Of a stretch of DNA of 64,000 nt, positions 9,430 through 18,612 are shown piece by piece. The position numbers and the translations under genes are program-made. How positions within the stretch are numbered: position 1 is the first letter of the stretch; each line of letters starts with the position of its first letter. The notes beneath the pieces are model-generated. The model saw only the letters and a program-made list of their open reading frames with translations. It ran no database searches and was not told the DNA's origin. This DNA comes from Candidatus Micrarchaeota archaeon (GTDB taxonomy: Archaea; Micrarchaeota; Micrarchaeia; Norongarragalinales; UBA8480), in assembly GCA_021812145.1 (NCBI GenBank), contig JAKAOM010000002.1:13687-77686 (forward strand), in the 5' to 3' direction.

Positions 9430-9807
9430 TTGAATGAATTCGAGGAAATGAAGGAGGCATTCGAAAAAATAAAACAATCCACAAACGACCCAGTAGCTAT
9501 TGGAAACCTGCTGTACATAATGGCAGAGGAAAGAGCATCCACAAACCTTTTGTTGAAGGAGATAAATGCAAAGCTTGACAAAATAATTTCAGGGAGTGAA
9601 AAACCCAAGAATGAAAATGTTTTGTCAGAAATAGACAACGAGATCGTCAGCTTCATAGGAAGCGGGAGAGTTTGCGCGGAGAATGTGCAGAAGAAGTTCA
9701 AGTACAAAGGCTCCAACGCGGCGTCCTCAAGGCTGAACAGGCTTTGCGATGCAGGGATTTTGAGAAAATTTCAAGTAGGAAGGAAAGTGTTTTTTGAGAA
9801 AATTTAG
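9430..9807 (+). CDS. Winged-helix (MarR/TrmB-like) DNA-binding protein
   Basis: The C-terminal half EIDNEIVSFIGSGRVCAENVQKKFKYKGSNAASSRLNRLCDAGILRKFQVGRKVFF looks like a wHTH. The start is TTG 9430 or ATG 9448. Confidence 0.55.
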   Translation: MNEFEEMKEAFEKIKQSTNDPVAIGNLLYIMAEERASTNLLLKEINAKLDKIISGSEKPKNENVLSEIDNEIVSFIGSGRVCAENVQKKFKYKGSNAASSRLNRLCDAGILRKFQVGRKVFFEKI

Positions 9808-9851
9808 CGCTAATTTGTTGCCTTCATTTATGAAGGCCGTTCAACCCACCT

Positions 9852-9880
9852 GTTGGGGTTTTGCCCACCAAAACCCCAAC
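9852..9880. terminator. Perfect 12-bp stem / 5-nt loop hairpin between convergent genes (bidirectional terminator candidate)
   Basis: GTTGGGGTTTTG-CCCAC-CAAAACCCCAAC followed by TTT. It lies between the stop of 9430..9807 (+) and the stop of 9889..10074 (-). Confidence 0.5.
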
Positions 9881-9888
9881 TTTCATGA

Positions 9889-10074
9889 TTATATTGCCTC
9901 CAATGAGTCGCCCTTTCTCGGCGAGAGAAAAACAACACTGCCTTTCGGAATGTCCTCGAAGAATTTAACACTTACATACTTTCCATAGCTGTTTTCGCCT
10001 ATAAAAGCGCTACCAACGAAACTTTTGTCTTTCTTGACGTTAAGTTTCCGAACGTCTGTTTTCAACTCATCCAT
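9889..10074 (-). CDS. Small hypothetical protein (61 aa), third cistron of a mini-ORF operon
   Basis: ORF track entry. GGTGG lies 7 nt upstream of the ATG. Two tightly coupled mini-ORFs precede it on the same strand: 10250..10128 (40 aa) and 10131..10087 (14 aa). Confidence 0.45.
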   Translation of the reverse strand: MDELKTDVRKLNVKKDKSFVGSAFIGENSYGKYVSVKFFEDIPKGSVVFLSPRKGDSLEAI

Positions 10075-10127
10075 TTCAGGACCACCTTATTTTATTCTTA
10101 TCAATCTTCCCTTGTAAAATATTTTCT

Positions 10128-10250
10128 TCATACTCTTTCACACTCCACAAGAACATTTTTACCTATCTTTGCAAAATTGCATGCCAAGGGAAACCCGTTG
10201 AATAAATCATTTATCTCGCGGTATGAGAGATTTGTAACGTCGAACTTCAT
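10128..10250 (-). CDS. Mini-ORF (40 aa, MKFDVTNLSYREINDLFNGFPLACNFAKIGKNVLVECERV), first cistron
   Basis: Hand translation. A consensus TATA (ATTTAAATA, 10292-10284 on the minus strand) lies about 38 nt upstream. GGTGA lies 6 nt upstream of the ATG. The stop overlaps the next ATG (ATGA). Confidence 0.35.
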   Translation of the reverse strand: MKFDVTNLSYREINDLFNGFPLACNFAKIGKNVLVECERV

Positions 10251-10515
10251 TTTTCATCACCGTATGTTCAAAAGATTGAATAGTATTTAAATGCTCAGAC
10301 CCCCCACCGCCGACGTGACCAGCGTCAAACTTAAATCATTAAGTAAAGTTATTGATTGCAAAACTAAAATGAAAATAACTATATATTATATATAATGCAA
10401 AATTAGAAAATAAAAATAACTACTAGCAAATAGTTAAATTGGAAAGATTTAAATACTTGTTCATTTCTCTTTTAACCACCTTTTAAAAAAAGGTTGAACG
10501 AAAAAAAATAGTGGG

Positions 10516-13500
10516 TTGAAAAAAGTGCATAAATACACTGCTTTTGCAATTTTGGGATTTCTAGTTCTTACTGTCTACGGACTAGGCTTCAGCAACAATC
10601 AAGGATTCAACATTCAAAACAACCCTGTAACCGTAAACACTCAAGCTAGCCAGAACACCACTGCGCCAAACTTCAACATAAACAACCCAGCGCTTGCTCA
10701 GCAAAATTCAAATACTCAAACCACCACTACAACTCAAAACAATATAAATACACAAAACAGTTTAAACCCTCAAAGTTTTTCAATAAACAATCCTTCAATC
10801 TCAACCACAATTGTCGGCAGTTCTTTGTCAACTGATTCTTTTGCCACCGGAACTTGCGTTGCAAACCAACCTCAACTACCCGCCATTGTAAGAAATACAT
10901 TTAACCAACTCTGCAGTCTTGGAGGAAGCACAAACCCTCTTAGGGATTTCTGCAACGCTTTGAATTCAATGAACCAACCATTAACCCCTCCTTCTCAATG
11001 CGCTTTGATAGGCGCCAAGGTTTTGAACCAATCCTGCACCACTACTGTTAATCTTCCATACGCTGTTTGCAGAAGCTATTGGAATTCAGGATGGCAAGCA
11101 ACCTGGTATGGCGCTTGCCCTTCATGCCCTTCAGGCTATGTAAGGGATTCCTGCGATTCAGCCTGGTGGGATTTCGCACTTAGCTCAAAAACCTACTGCC
11201 ACAAAGACACCACCGTAGTAGGCCAATGCCCTTCAGGAGAAAGCGTGGTTTCAACATCTACTCAACCAACCACTTTGAACGGCAACGAGGCTGCATGCGA
11301 CACAACAATGATTATTTCAAACGTCAACGTAATTGTAAACGCTTTGTCTGGAACCGCTTCGGTCAGCTGGACTGACAGCGTTTACGGAAACGCGACTGTT
11401 TCCTATTCTGGCCCTGTTTCAGGAAGCCAATCCACCCCTTTAATTCAAGGATACAACCACAACATTGTCTTGACCGGATTAACCAATGGAAATTACAACC
11501 TCAACATTCAATCTTGCAACAGCGTGAGCGGCTGCGGAAGTTACAACGGAGCGTTCAACATTCAAAACATTATTTCATTTCTTCAAATCCAATCCCCAAC
11601 AAACACTTCCTACTATTTCAACACTCCAATATTCATGAATTTCACAGTAAATGGAAGCGCTCCAAACTACAACGCATCCTACTCGCTGACCGGATACGCT
11701 CCTGTTCAATTCAACGCAGTTAACGGCTTCAATTCATTGCAACTACCCAACTTGAATTTGGGAAATTATGTATTGAACCTAACGGTTTCCGCAGGAATTC
11801 AAACGTCAAGTCAAAGCGTTTCATTCTCAATAGTAAACGCAACCGCGAACGTTTCTTTGACTGCAAACTCATGGAATGTTGTTTACGGAAACACTTCAAA
11901 CGTTTCATGCTCTTCAAACGTAGCCAACGCTTCGCTTCAGCTTTACGACAACGGAGTTGCTGTTTCAAACCCGGACGTGGAAATTCTCGGAGTCGGAACG
12001 TACAATTACACCTGCGAGTTAAACGCTTACGGCTACAACACTGCAAACGCTTCAAATACTCTTACAATATCGCAGGCCCAAACAACTACAAGCGTTTTGC
12101 TAAACAACTCAAATTCTAACTTAACGATTATATATGGAGATTCAATCATAGCCAACTATTCAGCAAACGCGGGAACAACCAGTTTCTACCTAAACGGGTC
12201 AATCATAAGCAACAACTACAACACTTCAGGATTAAGCGCAGGATACTACAACTTCACCGCGATTACCGACGGAGGAGTTAACTATTCAAACAGCAGCGAT
12301 TCGAAGTTTCTTACTATAAATCCCGCTTCTTCGCAAACAACCGTTTTTCTAAACGGCTCAAACTCCAACCTTACAATTATTTACGGGAATAGCGTTATCG
12401 CTAACTACACTTCATCTTCAACAGCAACCCTCTACCTAAACGGGTCAATCATAAGCAACAACTACAACACTTCAGGATTAAGCGCAGGATACTACAACTT
12501 CACTGCAATTGCGAACAGCGGGCTTAACAGTTCAGGAAGCTCTGATTCAGAATACTTGACCATTCAGCAAGCCCCTTCAACCATCAACCTAACTCTTAAC
12601 GGGGTTGACGGAGACATAAACGTTCTTCAAAACTCAATAGTCAACATTACAGTCTACACCAACTTCAACGACCTGGTTACAACAACTATTTCAAACCTTT
12701 CAGGAATGGTTTACAGCGCTAATTCCACTTCATTCAACTTTACCGCAAGCTCAGGCTCATACTACACTGTAACTTCAAGCTTTGCAGGCGATGTTAACTA
12801 CACTCCTTCTTCCGCAACTCACACAATCGGATTGACTGGATTGAACTTCTCAAACCTTGTCGAGTATTCAACTCCTTCAGCACAACAATATTCAGGCGTC
12901 GGAGAAAGCTTCAACTGCAACTACACCGACGGCTACGGAAACGAAATTCAGAACGCAAGCGTTTACGTAGAAATTGGAAACGCTTCCTATCCAACAGCAT
13001 TCAACAATAATTATTTTTACAACGCAAACCTTCCGGCAGGCAACTATTCATGGTACTGCAACGCTACAAGCGCTAATTACCAGCCTCAGGTTGGAAGCGT
13101 TCAGAACTTCACAGTTTTGCCGATATCTCCAAACTATTCATATTCATACATAAACGCTTCAAACACTACTGTGGGAATTCCTTCAAACGTGGTTATTTTC
13201 ATCGGAGGTTTTAACGGAACCGGGCTTTCCAACGTCAGCATTTCTCTATACTCAAGCAGGAATGACACTATAGCTCCTTTGAATGAAATGACCGACGCCA
13301 ACGGTTTTGCAAACTTCACAGTCAATTCAACGATTGCAGGAGTTTCAAACCTTACAGCAGTGGTTTCTGGATTCAACCTTTCAACACAAGCGTACTTCAA
13401 CCCTGAAAGCGTTGCAAGCATAATAGTTTCTCCTTCAAACGCTTCGATTTCAATGAACTCAACTCAGCAGTTCAACGCCAGCGCTTTTGATTCCTACAAC

Positions 13501-16269
13501 AATTCTGTTCCAGTCAATTTCACGTGGAGCGTTTCAAACTCGACCGTTGGTTCTGTCGACGTTAACGGTCTTTTCACTTCAAGCTCTGTTGGAACCACAG
13601 ACGTGACCGCTTCAAACGGAAGCGTCAACGGAAGCGCTTCAGTCATTGTAATTCCAGGAAACATTTCATCAATAATCGTTTCATGCCCCAACTCGACAAT
13701 CCAATCAGGTGATTCAGTGCAATGCACTGCCAGCGCCTTCGACTCGTTCAATGATTCTCTAAACGCTAGTTTTGTTTGGAGCGAGGTCAACTACACTGGA
13801 ACTGGAATAGTTGACACGAACGGATTGTTCACAGGGTTTAAAGCAGGAATTGTCGAGGTTGACGCTTCAAGCGGCAACGTGACAGGATCCTTCAACGTTA
13901 CAATAACTCCGGGAGTTCCAAGTGTTTTGATTGTTTCAGCATCACCTCAGACTCTTACAGTGGGAAATCCTTCAAGCATTTCAGCCATTATTTCAGACGC
14001 TTATGGAAACGTCATATACAATGGAAGCGTTGATTTCAACACAAGCTTAGGAGTGTTCGCTTCTTCAAACACGTCAACAGCTGTTGACTCTATAATTAGC
14101 GGAAGCGCGAACGATTCCCTGACTTCAAACACGTCAGGAACCGCTAACGTCACAGCTCAGTACGGAAGCCTTTCAAACTCAACGCTTGTTACAGTCACTT
14201 CTGGAAGCCTTTCATCAATAATCGTTTCATGCCCCAACTCGACAATCCAATCAGGAGTTGAAATGCAGTGCAGCGCGAGCGGTTTTGACTCTTGGAACAA
14301 TCCTGTCAACGCTAATTTCACATGGAGCGTTTCGAACTTCACTGGAACAGGATTTGTAAACGCATCAGGAGCGTTCACAGGAGAAAACGAAGGTATTGTT
14401 GAAGTGGATGCTTCAAGCGACAACGTTTCAGGCTCGTTCAATGTAACTGTAACTCCAGGAAGCCTTTCAAGCATCATTCTTTCAGCATCGCCGTCAAACT
14501 TGCCTGTCAATAACACTTCTTTAATTTCAATAAGCCTTTACGACTTATATGGAAACCCAGTCAACGCTACCGTTGTTTTAAGCGTGAACGACTCTTCAAA
14601 CACCACCTACAACCTTCAGGTTAATGGAAGCGGTTCAATAAACATAACTGAAACAATCGCAGGCTTTTACAACATCAACGCAAACTCAACAGGAGTTTCA
14701 AACTCGACAACCATAACATTCACGGCGTTGAACGCTTCGCAAACAAACTCTACCATAACCCCGCCTCAAACACTTCCAGTAAATTCCACTGCAAACGTTT
14801 CAATTTCATTGAAAGACGCTTACGGAAACCCTGTCCAAGATTTGGTTGAATTCTTCGTGAATGGAAACCCCGTAAATTCAACTATAGCAAACGCGAGCGG
14901 AGACGCTTCATTCAGCGTTTATTCAAACCAGAGTGGATTGTTCAACATAACCGCCGAGGACGTAAACAACTCGTTCAACCTTTCAACTTTCGTTCAATTC
15001 AACGCGCTAAACGCTTCAACAATTTTGATAAACGCCGCAAGCCCTGTGACCGCCGGCTCAATAAACCAGGTTAACTTCACTGTTTCAGACGCTTACGGAA
15101 ACCCAGTCAACGACATTCTTAACGTTTCAATAGGAAATTCAACACAGCAGGCTCAGATAATTAACGGCTTCGGCCAAATTAACTTTTCTGAAAACGCTTC
15201 AGGAATTTACGGAATAACCGCGGTTTCAACAACCAACGGAGCTGCAAACTCCACTTCAATAAATGTTATTGCAGGCAGCCCCACAATATTGAACATTTCA
15301 GCAAACCCTATGCAAGTAAACACCGGCGGGAATTCAACAATAACAATCAGCTTAACCGACGCGTTCGGAAACCCTGTTTCAAACGCTACGATTGACTTTA
15401 ATTCAACCTCGCTTCTTTCTCAGAATTCAAGCGTTACAGACTCTAATGGAACAGCAACAGTGAATCTAACAGCAAACGCCGGATCAAACGCAATCCTTGC
15501 ATTCTACTCCTTGAATCCTTCGGTCAACAACACAATTACAATTACCGGAATCGCTCCCAACTACAACGTTTCAATACTTGTTGAAGACGGAAACTACAAT
15601 CCTATTCCAAACGCAAACGTTTCAGTAACCAGCTACGGAGTTTACAACACAAACGCCAACGGAACGGTTATAGTTCAAATGACCGAAGGCAACTACCTGT
15701 TCACAGCATACGACGCGGGATATTCAAGCGCACAGCAAAATCTGACAATCAACGCCAACACTCAAATTATATTCGTTCTCCAAAAACTTGGAGTTTTGAA
15801 CGGAACAGTTAACTCGGCTAACGGGAGCGCGATCAACGCGTTGATAACCTTTGGTAACTATTCCACCACCGCAGTAAACGGAGTTTTCTCTGTTTCAAAC
15901 GTAGTTCCAGGCGTTTACAACATAACCAGCTCTGCTTCTGGATTTGCAAACAGCGTTTTGTTCAACATTCCAGTGTACTCGGGAAACACCACCGACGTTT
16001 CAATAACCATGAATCCACTTGGAGGAGTCAACGGAACAGTGGTTGACGCCTTGAACGGAAACCCCATAGCAAACGCTAACGTGACAATCACCCAAAACGG
16101 AGTTCTAGCAGCGTTTGGATTGACAAACGCCACCGGTTCATACCACGACGCTGGAATTCCGGCAGGCTATTACAACGTTACCGTAACCGCCACAGGATAC
16201 GGAAGCCTGACAAGAGACAATGTCATCGTGTCCCAAGGAAGCGTTTCCACAATAAACTTTGCAATGTGA
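10516..16269 (+). CDS. Giant secreted surface protein (1917 aa): Cys-rich head, Ig-like (Big_2 / invasin-like) repeats, C-terminal carboxypeptidase-regulatory-like domains
   Basis: N-terminal signal-like MKKVHKYTAFAILGFLVLTVYG. A region of roughly 15 Cys spans aa ~110-270. Big_2-like units are present (VSPSNASISMNSTQQFNASAFDSYNNSVPVNFTWSVSN..VDVNGLFT), as are Big_1-like units (SAIISDAYGNVIYNGSVDFNTSLG). CarboxypepD_reg-like units lie at the C-terminus (GVLNGTVNSANGSAINALITF..VPGVYNITSSASGF). N-x-S/T sequons are dense. Confidence 0.85.
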   Translation: MKKVHKYTAFAILGFLVLTVYGLGFSNNQGFNIQNNPVTVNTQASQNTTAPNFNINNPALAQQNSNTQTTTTTQNNINTQNSLNPQSFSINNPSISTTIVGSSLSTDSFATGTCVANQPQLPAIVRNTFNQLCSLGGSTNPLRDFCNALNSMNQPLTPPSQCALIGAKVLNQSCTTTVNLPYAVCRSYWNSGWQATWYGACPSCPSGYVRDSCDSAWWDFALSSKTYCHKDTTVVGQCPSGESVVSTSTQPTTLNGNEAACDTTMIISNVNVIVNALSGTASVSWTDSVYGNATVSYSGPVSGSQSTPLIQGYNHNIVLTGLTNGNYNLNIQSCNSVSGCGSYNGAFNIQNIISFLQIQSPTNTSYYFNTPIFMNFTVNGSAPNYNASYSLTGYAPVQFNAVNGFNSLQLPNLNLGNYVLNLTVSAGIQTSSQSVSFSIVNATANVSLTANSWNVVYGNTSNVSCSSNVANASLQLYDNGVAVSNPDVEILGVGTYNYTCELNAYGYNTANASNTLTISQAQTTTSVLLNNSNSNLTIIYGDSIIANYSANAGTTSFYLNGSIISNNYNTSGLSAGYYNFTAITDGGVNYSNSSDSKFLTINPASSQTTVFLNGSNSNLTIIYGNSVIANYTSSSTATLYLNGSIISNNYNTSGLSAGYYNFTAIANSGLNSSGSSDSEYLTIQQAPSTINLTLNGVDGDINVLQNSIVNITVYTNFNDLVTTTISNLSGMVYSANSTSFNFTASSGSYYTVTSSFAGDVNYTPSSATHTIGLTGLNFSNLVEYSTPSAQQYSGVGESFNCNYTDGYGNEIQNASVYVEIGNASYPTAFNNNYFYNANLPAGNYSWYCNATSANYQPQVGSVQNFTVLPISPNYSYSYINASNTTVGIPSNVVIFIGGFNGTGLSNVSISLYSSRNDTIAPLNEMTDANGFANFTVNSTIAGVSNLTAVVSGFNLSTQAYFNPESVASIIVSPSNASISMNSTQQFNASAFDSYNNSVPVNFTWSVSNSTVGSVDVNGLFTSSSVGTTDVTASNGSVNGSASVIVIPGNISSIIVSCPNSTIQSGDSVQCTASAFDSFNDSLNASFVWSEVNYTGTGIVDTNGLFTGFKAGIVEVDASSGNVTGSFNVTITPGVPSVLIVSASPQTLTVGNPSSISAIISDAYGNVIYNGSVDFNTSLGVFASSNTSTAVDSIISGSANDSLTSNTSGTANVTAQYGSLSNSTLVTVTSGSLSSIIVSCPNSTIQSGVEMQCSASGFDSWNNPVNANFTWSVSNFTGTGFVNASGAFTGENEGIVEVDASSDNVSGSFNVTVTPGSLSSIILSASPSNLPVNNTSLISISLYDLYGNPVNATVVLSVNDSSNTTYNLQVNGSGSINITETIAGFYNINANSTGVSNSTTITFTALNASQTNSTITPPQTLPVNSTANVSISLKDAYGNPVQDLVEFFVNGNPVNSTIANASGDASFSVYSNQSGLFNITAEDVNNSFNLSTFVQFNALNASTILINAASPVTAGSINQVNFTVSDAYGNPVNDILNVSIGNSTQQAQIINGFGQINFSENASGIYGITAVSTTNGAANSTSINVIAGSPTILNISANPMQVNTGGNSTITISLTDAFGNPVSNATIDFNSTSLLSQNSSVTDSNGTATVNLTANAGSNAILAFYSLNPSVNNTITITGIAPNYNVSILVEDGNYNPIPNANVSVTSYGVYNTNANGTVIVQMTEGNYLFTAYDAGYSSAQQNLTINANTQIIFVLQKLGVLNGTVNSANGSAINALITFGNYSTTAVNGVFSVSNVVPGVYNITSSASGFANSVLFNIPVYSGNTTDVSITMNPLGGVNGTVVDALNGNPIANANVTITQNGVLAAFGLTNATGSYHDAGIPAGYYNVTVTATGYGSLTRDNVIVSQGSVSTINFAM
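12082..12579 (+). repeat. Tandem ~82-85-codon intragenic repeat with a 72-nt identical core
   Basis: Unit 1 starts at 12082 and unit 2 at 12337. Nt 12186-12257 are identical to 12432-12503 (ctacctaaacgggtcaatcataagcaacaactacaacacttcaggattaagcgcaggatactacaacttcac), while the flanks have diverged. Confidence 0.85.
13664..14255 (+). repeat. Dispersed intragenic repeat (46-nt identical cores 546 nt apart) in Big_2-like units
   Basis: tttcatcaataatcgtttcatgccccaactcgacaatccaatcagg occurs at 13664-13709 and again at 14210-14255. Both copies encode SSIIVSCPNSTIQSG. Confidence 0.8.
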
Positions 16270-16278
16270 TTATAACAT

Positions 16279-17958
16279 ATGAAAAAATTAATTTTACTGG
16301 TTTTGATTTCCGCGATGGTTCTGGCAAACACGTGGAGCGGATACCTGGTCAACAGCAATACCGGGGCACCCATAGCAAACGCAAGCGTTATTTTTAACAA
16401 CGGAGCGGGCACGACCACAAACGCAAGCAACGCTTCGGGATTTTTCAACGTAAGCTTCTCAAGCGGAACCCAATGCGTGCTTAGTTTTTCGGCTACAGGG
16501 TACTACAACGATTCAAACGAGCCATACAACTACTCTTCAACCAGATTCTGCCCTTCAAGCAGCATATACAACAACATGACAGACGTATTTTTCAACCCAG
16601 CGTACTTCAACTTCACACTCACCCCTCTAAACCCGGGATCTCTTAGCATAACCGTAAAGGATGCAAGCGGAAACCTTCTCGACAACGCTAATGTAAGCAT
16701 TGCAGGCCAATATCAAACTTTTTCGGGATTAACCGCTAATGGAAGCGTTGTTTTTTCAAACCTTACCGATCCAACATATAATTACACAATAACACTTTCA
16801 AACTACAGCACCGGAATCGGAACCGCAAGCGTGGTTTTCAATTCAACAGAAAACATTTCAGTTACTCTTTACCCTTCATTCCTTAGCAACTTCACTGGTT
16901 TTGTTTCAAGCTCATCCGGAATGGTAGGAGGAGCGGTCGTTAACATAACTGATTTAAACGAATACAACTCCACTTCATCAAACGGCCAGTTTGCAATCCA
17001 GAATGTTTACCCCGGAACGCACAGCGTAAGCATTAGCGCTTCAGGCTATATTCAAACCACCGCGGTAATCGACGTTCCACCTTCAAGCAGCGTGGTTTAC
17101 ATGTTTTATCTAAGTCAAAATTCAAATCCCACTCCAACGCCAAACCCAACACCTTCTTCAGGCCCTTCAACCTACTACGGCTGCAACTACAACAATCCTT
17201 CGTGCGGAAGCGGCTACACCTGCGTCAACAACGCGTGCATTCTAGTTCAAACCAACAAAACAAACAACACGGCATCCAACCAGACTAATCAAACTCAGAA
17301 CAATTCAAACGTTCAAAAACAGCCACCGGCCGCGTACGTTTTAACACAGAACTACGTGTTGAATTTCAGCGTTGGAAACAATTCCTATACGGTTCCTGTT
17401 TCAAGAACTATAGCTGTTTACACAGTCAACAACTCTTTTATAACAAAAGTAACCCTTAAAATATTCAACAATCAAAGCGCGATCATTCCGGACTTCTATC
17501 TAAGGGAAATAATTCCGTTTTCAAACGCTTCTCTATCTTCAAAACCATCAATAATGGTTTCAGGCAACGAGCCTGAATGGCTTGTCTCTGGATTGGGAGG
17601 CTACAGCGGGTCAATGATAACCTACACTTTCAACTATTACGTTCCTTCCCAAAACCTTTCATCATTTGCATCACCGCAGATAATCCCGGCAGTAGAACAA
17701 TTCGCTCCGGTCAACAACACCAACGCAACTGTTTCCAACTCGACCTCAAATTCCACTAAGTCAAACAATTTGAGCGGTTTCGCCACAGCATTCCAATCAC
17801 CCATAGTTCTGGGGGCGGTAGCGCTTCTGGCAATTTTGATAGCAGTACTGGCGTACCTTACCCTAAAACCAGAAGAGACTGAAAATGAAACTGCAGAACC
17901 TGAAGACAAGCTTCAAAAAATAGCCGACGAAGTAAAGCCAAAAAAGAAAAAGAAATAA
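16279..17958 (+). CDS. Surface protein (559 aa) with carboxypeptidase-regulatory-like domains, small Cys knot and C-terminal TM anchor
   Basis: Signal-like MKKLILLVLISAMVLANT. CarboxypepD_reg-like segments are present, plus YYGCNYNNPSCGSGYTCVNNACIL. The C-terminal TM IVLGAVALLAILIAVLAYLTL is followed by an acidic then poly-K tail. It lies 9 nt downstream of the giant gene, so it is probably co-transcribed. Confidence 0.75.
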   Translation: MKKLILLVLISAMVLANTWSGYLVNSNTGAPIANASVIFNNGAGTTTNASNASGFFNVSFSSGTQCVLSFSATGYYNDSNEPYNYSSTRFCPSSSIYNNMTDVFFNPAYFNFTLTPLNPGSLSITVKDASGNLLDNANVSIAGQYQTFSGLTANGSVVFSNLTDPTYNYTITLSNYSTGIGTASVVFNSTENISVTLYPSFLSNFTGFVSSSSGMVGGAVVNITDLNEYNSTSSNGQFAIQNVYPGTHSVSISASGYIQTTAVIDVPPSSSVVYMFYLSQNSNPTPTPNPTPSSGPSTYYGCNYNNPSCGSGYTCVNNACILVQTNKTNNTASNQTNQTQNNSNVQKQPPAAYVLTQNYVLNFSVGNNSYTVPVSRTIAVYTVNNSFITKVTLKIFNNQSAIIPDFYLREIIPFSNASLSSKPSIMVSGNEPEWLVSGLGGYSGSMITYTFNYYVPSQNLSSFASPQIIPAVEQFAPVNNTNATVSNSTSNSTKSNNLSGFATAFQSPIVLGAVALLAILIAVLAYLTLKPEETENETAEPEDKLQKIADEVKPKKKKK

Positions 17959-18053
17959 TTCATTTTCAAACGCTTTTTTTTAAACTAATTTAAAACACCC
18001 CTTACAACCGCAAAGGCAAAGTTTTTTAGCTTAAACGTTTATTTTAAATATAT

Positions 18054-18608
18054 ATGAATATAGCTTTGATCGGGCCGCAGGGAAGCGGTAAAAGCACGCT
18101 CGTTTTCTCCCTATCTTCTTTTTTCAGAAAAAAGGGCTTCAAAACAGGATGCGCTAACTTTGACCTAAACGCAAAAAAACTTAAGTTCAACGCTTTTTTT
18201 GACGCCAGAAAAATGGAAAAAAGCCAAGACAAACTTCTCTTGAATTTTTGGATGGTTAAAAAAAAATTCAACGACGATTGCAAGGATTTTGACTTTGTCT
18301 TTATCGACCTTGGCGCCTCCCTTGACACGCTTATAACAACAAACTTTTCAGACATAGCAGACGTTTTCCTTTTTATTTCAACAGAATTCAACGGTCCGGC
18401 CGAATTGAACACAATCAAAAAAATAATAAGTAGCATTATAGGCGGCAAACCAGTAATAGTCATTAAAAGCAAGAGTGATTTGAAGAAAAAAACCACTTTA
18501 ATTACAGCCGGTAATTATGGAAAAAACGAATTTCTTGAAGTATGCGGAGTGGACAGAATGGGTTTTGAAGAAATTTACAAAGCAGTCGAAAATCTAAGAG
18601 AGCATTAG
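18054..18608 (+). CDS. Small P-loop NTPase (GTPase-like; GPN-loop/MinD superfamily-like)
   Basis: Walker A GPQGSGKST, Walker B-like DFVFIDLGA and NKxD-like KSKSD. Confidence 0.5.
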   Translation: MNIALIGPQGSGKSTLVFSLSSFFRKKGFKTGCANFDLNAKKLKFNAFFDARKMEKSQDKLLLNFWMVKKKFNDDCKDFDFVFIDLGASLDTLITTNFSDIADVFLFISTEFNGPAELNTIKKIISSIIGGKPVIVIKSKSDLKKKTTLITAGNYGKNEFLEVCGVDRMGFEEIYKAVENLREH

Positions 18609-18612
18609 ATAA

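Noticed and set aside
9794-9988. ORF 9794..9988 (+)
   Set aside because: It runs through the 12-bp terminator hairpin and is antisense to the SD-preceded 9889..10074 gene. It is likely spurious.
12082-14255. Diversity-generating retroelement (TR/VR) explanation for the near-identical repeat cores in the surface protein
   Set aside because: Differences between repeat copies are of all base types and include indels, not adenine-specific substitutions. No reverse transcriptase gene is present in the window.
11514-16448. Alternative-frame ORFs inside the giant surface genes (11514.., 11729.., 11871.., 13134.., 13494.., 14157.., 15915.., 16170.., 17577.., 17637..), and 2332..2574 inside the left giant gene
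   Set aside because: They are embedded in long, coherent frames with domain-like repeats. These are shadow ORFs created by the biased codon composition.
18044-18496. ORF 18044..18496 (-) antisense to the P-loop NTPase gene
   Set aside because: The plus-strand frame carries Walker A/B and NKxD-like motifs, whereas the minus-strand translation is low-complexity.
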